NCBI GenBank assembly: GCA_047967505.1
Contig: CM106538.1
DNA from: Dipteris shenzhenensis
Taxonomy: Eukaryota
Length of the DNA: 64,000 nucleotides
Reading direction: 5' to 3' (one strand)
A program made the position numbers and the translations under genes. How positions within the stretch are numbered: the first letter of the stretch is position 1; every line of letters starts with the position of its first letter. The notes beneath the pieces are model-generated. The model was not told the origin of the DNA, made no database searches, and saw only the letters and a list, made by a program, of their open reading frames with translations. Below, piece after piece: positions 56,001-64,000 of the stretch.

Positions 56001-59000
56001 GGGACCTATCGTATTTGCGATGTAGCTTCGGAATATATTAAACACTTCTCATTATGATGTCTATTAGTGTGTTTTGATTCCGCTTTCTTCATTTGTTGTC
56101 TCTGTAATAAACAAAAATGATTTAAGTGTGTTTGAACACCGTGAATTGAGAATGTTGTTAGATAGTTTTACGGATGTATTCCCTGCTCAACTGCCGGAAG
56201 GTTTACCTCCAGAACGGGCAGGCATAGACTTAGTCCCAGGGGCTCAACCTATCAGTGTACCACCTTATAGGATGAGCCAGGTAGAGGAGGATGAGTTAGC
56301 TTCACAACTTCAGGATTACCTGAATATGGGCTATATACGCCCAAGTAAATCACCTTGGGGTGCACCTATCCTCTTAAGAATCTACCTGGAGAATGTGTAT
56401 AGATTATAAACGATTAAATAAAGTGACAATTAAGAATCGATATCCTCTACCTCGTTCCGATGATTTGATAGACCGTTTGGCCGGAGCGAAGTATTTCACT
56501 AAGATTGATTTGCGTACGGGTTATCACCAAATCCGTATCTATGCTAAACACATAGATAGAACCGCATTCCGAACTAGGTATGGTCATTACGAGTTCCTCG
56601 TATTACCTTTTGGTTTGACCAATGCTCCTGCCACTTTTCAGCAGATGATGAACGATTTGTTTCGGGATTATCTGGGCAAATTTGTTGTAGTGTTCTTAGA
56701 TGACATCTTGGTATATAGTCGAACGCTTCAGGATCACATAGGACACCTCCGGATTGTCTTAGTTATTCTAAGACAGCATAAGCTCTATGCCAAGATGAGT
56801 AAATGTGACTTCTTTATGAAGGAGATCATTTACTTAGAACACAAGATTTCTTCTGAAGGTATTAGCATTGATCTGGATCGTATCCAGAAGGTTTTAGAAT
56901 GGCCTATCCCTCAGATTGTGAAACAACTTCGTTCTTTCCTAGGATTTACGGTATTTCTTCGGAAGTCTGTGCGTGATTATTCACATATCACGGCACCCTT
57001 GACAAACATATTGAAAGGTCACGGACGCAGGTCTACTCAATCAATCTCTTGGAATGATGCAATGAACAAGGCTTTTGAAACCTTGAAGTTCTCCATCAAG
57101 GAAGCACCCGTTCTTGCATTACCTGATCCTACCCGGCCTTATGTTTTAGAGGCCGATGCGAGTGATTATGCGATTGGGGCAGCTCTATTCCAAGAGTGCA
57201 GACCTGTAGCTTTCGAGAGTAAGAAGCTAGACGACACTCAATATCGTTGGCCCACACTCGAGAAGGAACTTTATGCTGTAGTGTATGCTCTTAAGGTTTG
57301 GAGACACTACTTGTATGGTTCAAAGTTCCTTGTATTGACTGATCATCAGTCAATTAAGTATGTGTGTGATGGATCAGAATTGAGGGGACGGAAAGCTAGA
57401 TGGGCAGAATTAATGCAGGATTTTGATTTTGAAATACGTTATCGTAAGGGTTCGTTGAATAGTGTGGCGGATGCCTTGAGTCGAGTTAAGTTTGTAAATG
57501 CTTTGTCATTTATGAAAATATCCTCGGACCTATTTCAATCCTTGAGAGGGCTATACGCAACTGATAGTCATTTTAGTTCTTATTGGCAGAGAGTCCAGGA
57601 TGGGAGCTCCATGGTTGACCAGGACTCAGGGATTGTGCCACCTACGGTACAGGCGGCGGGAGGTCAGTGTTCCGGAATGAAAAGATTTGTGTGCTAGATG
57701 TTCTGGACCTTAAATCCAAGATACTCTGGGAGTGTCATGATGCTCCTAGTGCTGGACATCCGGGTATACATAGGACTCTGTCTCTGGTGAAGCATACCTT
57801 TTATTGGCCTAAAATGCGTGCATTTATTGAGAACTATGTAGTAGGTTGCCGGGTTTGTCAAGTTACTAAGGCAGAACGCCTTGGAAGCGCGGGCTTATTA
57901 CAACCATTACAGATTCCAGGTAATAAATGGGAAAGTATTTCCATGGATTTTATTACTGGTTTGCCTCGAACGCGCAAGGGTCATGACTCCATTTGGGTCA
58001 TAGTCGACCATTTGACAAAAATGGCCAGGTTCTTACCTCCTAGAACAACTATTTCAGTTGTTTAGCTGGCTCACGAGTTTGTGGACCACTTGTTTAAGCT
58101 ATATGGTTTGCCATCTGACATAGTCAGTGACAGGGACTCAAAGTTTACAAGTAACTTTTGGACACTTGTTTTTGAGAAGTTAGAAACTACTCTAAGTATG
58201 AGTTCCTCGGATCATGCACAATTCGATGGCAGTACAGAGAAGGTTAACCAGTTGGTTGAAGACATGCTTCGGGCATATGTATCTAAGAGACAGTCTTCAT
58301 GGGAGGATTATCTACCTATGATTGAATTTGCTTACAACACTGCAAAGCATTCTAGTACTGGTTACAGTCCTTTTATGCTCATGTACGGGTTTCAACCTAA
58401 GTCACCAGTTATGGTTGGATTAAAAGGGATTCAAAATGATGTTGCTGAGAACTTCTTGCTAGACATGCAGGAAATGTTGCAGTTTGCCAAGGAGTCTATT
58501 AGAAGTGCCCAAGATCGGGACAGATTTTATGCTAATAGACATCGTTCACCCAGAGAGTTCTCTGAAGGAACGATGGTATATTTGCGAATTCCTAAGGAAT
58601 CCAAGAGCCTAAGTACTGGTTTGGTTCCAAAATTATCCCCCAGATACTGTGGCCCATTCAAGGTCATTAAAAGAATTGGACCAGTTGCATATCGACTAGA
58701 ATTGCCTCTTGATGTTAAAGTCCATCCAGTCTTTCATGTCAGTAGACTGAAAGAAGTTTTGGGTGCGGATGATCAACTTGTTTCTCCTCACGAGATAATA
58801 GAAGTTACAGATTTGACTTTTATTCCGCACGAACCTGAGTGTATTCTTGAATTTCGTGACAGACAGATTCGCAATCGATCTATCACAGAATACAAGATCA
58901 AGTGGAAGGATCGTGTTGAGGAGGATGCAACATGGGAGACATTACAAAACCTCCAAAGAACATTTCCGGGTTTTTTAGCGAACTCAGGAGTGAGTTCTTA

Positions 59001-59533
59001 GAGGAGGGGGAGTATGTCGTGCACGGATTGGTATCTGACGTGTACTAGGTACACAGGACTAGCTCAGGTAGCCTGGGGAGGCTTAGAGCTAGGCAGGCTT
59101 GATTCTCAGGTTGAGTGGCAAGGGTACGAACTATTTATAGGTCTTCGCTATTTTTGGCGCTCGGGGCTCGAGTCTATAAAAGGGGCCCAGGGGGTTCAGT
59201 TCTCAGTGTGCAGTTGGGAGCAAGTTTCGTTCCCAGGTGCTAGGTCTGATCCTAGATTGAGTCGCGGACGCGCGCCTGCATCTTAGCATAGCCCAAGGCC
59301 CAGTGACAGATCCAGGGCTTCACAGCGCCACCTGGTGGTATGGGACACCAGGCTGGTTTGGATCTGATTGGGAGTTCGTGCCAGTAGCCCAGCTCGTGGC
59401 TCGGAGGGGACATCTCCCTGATTCGGGATCACATCCCGTAGATGTCATGGTTGGGTGGTGAGCAGCCTGCTCAGTTTCTCACGTGGTGTGTTTGTTTGCA
59501 GATCAGAGGTTTTAGGAGTGCGGGGATGTGTCA
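53007..59533 (+). mobile_element. Full-length Ty3/gypsy chromovirus with TSD TATAG
   Basis: TG..CA LTRs at 53007-53449 and 59015-59533; TATAG at 53002-53006 and 59534-59538; PBS TGGTATCAGAGCC at 53452; PPT AGAGGAGGGGGAG at 59000-59012. Confidence 0.97.
54465..59001 (+). pseudogene. Chromovirus gag-pol (gag, PR, RT, RNase H, INT, chromodomain) with several stops and frameshifts
   Basis: CFYCEEWGHTKNEC; ILFDPSSSHNF; CIDYKRLN, FGLTNAPATF, FLDDIL; DASDYAIGA; ECHDAPSAGH, ISMDFITGLP, SDRDSKF, GPF; YKIKWKD..DATWE. Confidence 0.95.
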
Positions 59534-59806
59534 TATAGTATTTCCAAATGCCTCGACAACTATGCAGCCTACAAATTTCATTCTTACTATTAACATTGAA
59601 TTCTGTGAAATCCATCACTCTTAACCACATAAATCAACTGATGAGAGTATTATATCCACTAATAAGTCTTCATTTAACTGGATTTGCTAATCAAACTAAT
59701 AATTACATGATCAGCATAGACAATGGGCCTAAATATTTGCAATACAGTAGCTATTTGTAACTGGATTTAGTCTTTGTGGAGTTAAGGATGCCATCTTTGT
59801 TGATAG

Positions 59807-62800
59807 TCAGCTATCCTTCCGTATGGTCTCATGGAAATGTAGCCACTCAAATCCATTTGGTGTATCTGCCTGCCAACACAGCAGAAATGCTCCACAGTTT
59901 ACAAAACTATAAAGAAAAGGCCTTGCTTATTTACTTATTCAGTTTATACTACCTTGGCAATTAGAACTGCACTTGCGAAGTAGCCTCGTCTTTCCCCTCC
60001 TGACAGGTAGAGGAGTGCACATCATTCAGAGATTCCATGTCAACAACATACATTATCTGTATATCAAGAAAGGTACTCTATTCATTGTGATCAATCTGCG
60101 TAGAATAGTTTGTGCTATGGCATTCATATAGAATTTCCAAAGTAAAAATGAATACATGTTTATGATGTCATTGCGTTAGTTTATTCTCTTTCTTCAGGTT
60201 TCTTTGGAAAATAAAGTGTCTGTGCCCTCTAGTAAATGGCGGTATTGCTAGAAGCTCAGAACATTCGTTGTACCTGCTAATTGCTCCCAAGGTTGCCAGG
60301 TCACTAAATAAACTCCTTCTGCCAACTTCCTTTCCTGAATGTTGTCAAACCAGGTGCGAAATTCCTTTCCTTGCATTGAACCATACCTTTGCATTATTCC
60401 ACAGAGTGATTCTGCTAGATTTGACTCAGTCCCCCAAGGATAGACAACCTTTGCACCCTTACTCTGCAAAACATGACAAAACATCATATTAGCTGTATTC
60501 ATACATGATCATTAAATAAGACAAAACTGGCCTACCAAACTGAACAATCTTGCTTCACCACAAGTTCATATGCTTTGGTACTTCATGTATTTGTGGATGA
60601 AGTACCAAACACACAAGACAAAACTGTACTCATGATATTTTCAATACCAGTACATGATTGAAAGAGAGGCTGGTTGCATGGGTGTCAATGGTTGACGATC
60701 AATTGTAAAGATGATCAATTGTTTGGTGGACCAGATGTACACTCTGCTTTTTTTTTCCATACCTAGATAGAGTGCCTGTAACGATGCAGGGGTAGGAGGA
60801 AAGAAAGATTATGCAGGTTGTAACCCTCATGGCTTGACGGGGGTCAGAGGAGGTGGTGACAAGCACTGGGGAGAAGATATATAGCTAGGAATGGAAGGAG
60901 GTCTTGCAAAATGGGAACAATGAGGAGGCAGCAATGTTGGAGCAAGCAAATCGTCAGTTTCTGACCTGTTTCTTTAGAGGAATGTATCTGAAAGGAAAGA
61001 CATTTTGGAAATGGATGTCAATAGATGTATGGATCATGATAACAAAGAAAAAATACATACAGTCTTGCCTTCATGAGAGCAAACTCACAAAGCATCAGAT
61101 CAGATACCGCATCCTTCATTGCATGAAGTATATGCTAAAAATATTGACAACTAGCTGCAGCTCCTATAATCGTACATGTATGAAAAAGTAAAGTTTCTAC
61201 TGTTTCCCTAGAGGCGAAAGGCAGAATCAGCCATGGCACTAGAGAGTGTATATGATCAAATGCAGGCCTTTGTTAGCCAGCATTCGGGACTATTGTAAGC
61301 ATCTGCAGGATAACAATGACATCTTTGAGTACTTTCTCGATGGTTTGAGACTAATGCCCACCTAGCACAACATTTTCATACAATTAACCAACATTTGTCA
61401 CCATTGCAAGCATCATGATGGCAATGACACCTTTAAATACTTTCTCGATGCTTTAATACTAAAGGCCACCCACCACACCATTCCAACACTATTATGCTAA
61501 GATGGTAAATTAGCATACATACAGTGGCGAATGTTTAAGATGAACACATTTCACATAAAAAAAAGAGGTGGATAATTGGATACATAGAACCCAAAGAATG
61601 CTTAAATGTCAGCTACCAATTTTCATGCCCTCTCATAAACTCAACTCTAAAGAAAACAGTTTTCAATGCCCAAAACACTTGAAATGACTGTCATAGCAAT
61701 CTCAAAAAGCATTCGAATAATTGGGTCTTAGGATCTTCAATTGAATAGTTACAAGGTTGGAGTCTCATCATGTCTACAAAATGAAACTAACATGGTGGTT
61801 GACTATGGTGACAAGGCTTTTGGAAAGTTATCCTCACAAAGAACAATTGGAGACTCATAGACACAACAGGCGCATTACAAGTTGGTCAGAAAATTGCCTG
61901 CACTAGCAAACGTCAGTTTTTGAATGCTCTCTCCCTCAAATGCTTCCATTCTGTTTTCCATATTTAGAGATGTATGAGGAACAATGTGAAAACGTGTCAT
62001 AAGGGTGAGCGTTATGAGAGCCTTCAACAATAGAACATAAAAGCATAAAAGGAAAGATCAAGTCTGGATTTCTAAGAAAAAAAAGGAAAAGAAAAAGGTC
62101 AAACTCACAACTACTCCGGTTAGACGCTTGAAGGTCTCATGCGTGTTTGGAACTTCACCGCAAAGCCACTTTACCATGAACACATTGAATTCAACAATTT
62201 CCCTCTGAACTGAGCTAGGACTAGCTAAATAGCCATTCTGAAATGTAGAAAAAGAAGGCACATAATCATGATTTATTCTGTCGCTTGGAGACAAATGTGG
62301 ACCGAGGTTGAAATGCTCCAACGCCTGGATGATACCACCAGCACATCTTTGGCTTGCACAAAATACTTTGGCACTTGAACCATGCAACTGGTACCATTGA
62401 ATGAGCTCTTCCTGAGCATTCGAAACCTACATTCTCAGCATTTGAGGGAAAAAATAAGTATGGCATATCATGAAGGACGCAAATTTTGTTCCAATGTGCA
62501 TCATACCTGGCACCGAAGTCTATTACTAGTTGACATACATAAAAGAAACACAGTATACAAAATAAAAGCAGTTGATATGTTCTCACAATTACTCCATGGA
62601 CTCCTTCCACTGTAAAAAGATCTATGTCATTGCCTGAGTCTCCGCAAACAAGTATGTTCTGTTGCGGGCAGTCTCCTTGATTCAATTTCTGAAGAAGATA
62701 TGCAAGAGCTTGCCCTTTGCTTGCTTTATATGGTAACACATCCAAATCTATACCGCTACTAAACAATAGTTTGACCCTGAGCTGCATAGTTAACCGACTA

Positions 62801-63806
62801 AATGAGATCACGAGCAAACAATTCTAATAGTCACACTTCCATTGAATTTTGCAAGACCTTACTGCTTTGAAGATGAAGAAAAGACTGAGCTTCATCACTT
62901 GTTTTGGTACTTAATATTATTTTTCTTGTGAACAAGACCGGGACCAGTACAAATAATTTGAGAGTGACCCAATCGACAGTCCTAATACAATTGCACTTTG
63001 GATCCTTTATAATGAATTTTTCTCATGGAAAAGACCAGGACCACTACAAATAATTTGAAAGTGATAATAATTGTCACAAGCAGACCCGAGTATCCATGTT
63101 TGCTAAATGAGATGGTCCTATCACAAATTGTATTTCAGGACAAGGACACGAATAATAAAAGCAGTCCGAAGCAACGTTTAACGTGTAATCAACAATGTAG
63201 CCTTTGGCTGGGACCGAAGAACTATGTCCATAGAATAAGGGCAACAAGAGGTACCCCTCGTTCCTGTAGCCTTGTTGAAAGCCTCCTTTGAATTTCTGTT
63301 GCCTTTTCCTTCTCCAATTTGAAGCTCACCTTATGAGGTCCCTGATCTGGCTCTTCCTGCCCACGGTGATCCAAATTAGCTATCCCTTTTTTGAGAGCAA
63401 AGACTGTAAATACCCTTGAAACCAAGGTTCTATCACTATTTGGTATTAAAACATTGAAACAATCGATCTAATTTTAAACTAACTTAGCATGGAAGACGAT
63501 CCGCACTTGAAAACGAAGATCAGAGATTTTCATGGCCTCCTCCACTATAATGTCGCGGTTCCAACCATCGTCTAATTCTCTCTCCCAATCTGTATCAGGC
63601 TCCAAAGATGGGCCTAATCGAATCTCTGTGCCCACTGATAAAATTAGAACTCCTGGAGTTAACATAGGAACTTCTTTCCTAAGCTCTAAGTATCTCTGTA
63701 GTGAGCGACCAGTCGAATATACTAAGAGGGAGGAGTTAGCATATTCGGCTGCCCACAAACAATTGAAATTGAGCAATGCTGCATGTGATAGGTCGTTGTG
63801 ATCGAC
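59807..63806 (-). CDS. SPP: Sucrose-phosphate phosphatase, 5' exon(s) outside the window; exons 63806-63507, 63356-63255, 62781-62587, 62426-62109, 60463-60274, 59999-59953, 59869-59807
   Basis: [67 protein letters not shown], plus the plant SPP C-terminal domain ending [12 protein letters not shown]. All exons are GT-AG and phase-consistent. Confidence 0.95.
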
Positions 63807-64000
63807 CTGCAACCATTCAACCAAACTTTAGTGTCCTTCGAATATGTACAGCATGTTCCCTGTTCCAACTTTCGGCTTTCTTCTCCTTTAGTGGGGACAC
63901 CCGGATTTTTAAAGGATAGTATGAAAGCAAGAAGTGCCCGAAAGTGTAATTTGCGATCAATTCTTGGCTTTGTAAGCCTGTGCTTTTATTCTACGACACT

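Overview
Eukaryotic land-plant genomic DNA (GT-AG introns, (CT/GA)n microsatellites, nested retrotransposons). A fern or other non-seed plant is my guess from the transposon repertoire; the sequence does not prove it. Most of the window is transposon-derived: several Ty1/copia and Ty3/gypsy elements, LINE fragments and a decayed PIF1-helicase + AP-endonuclease (Helentron-type) element. Two LTR elements have target-site duplications: a deleted copia at 35300-38502 and a chromovirus at 53007-59533. There are two host genes. One is a sucrose-phosphate phosphatase (SPP) on the minus strand, 7 exons visible at 59807-63806, with its 5' end outside the window. The other is the most interesting signal: an intact, GC-rich 3-exon gene (31102-33115, 613 aa) that the ORF track splits into three pieces. 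It encodes an N-terminal hydrophobic anchor, a PhyH/SyrB2-like Fe(II)/2OG-dioxygenase domain with a non-canonical metal triad, and a cupin-like C-terminal region, making it a candidate bacterial-derived, repurposed plant gene. All family calls come from motif recognition by eye; no searches were run.
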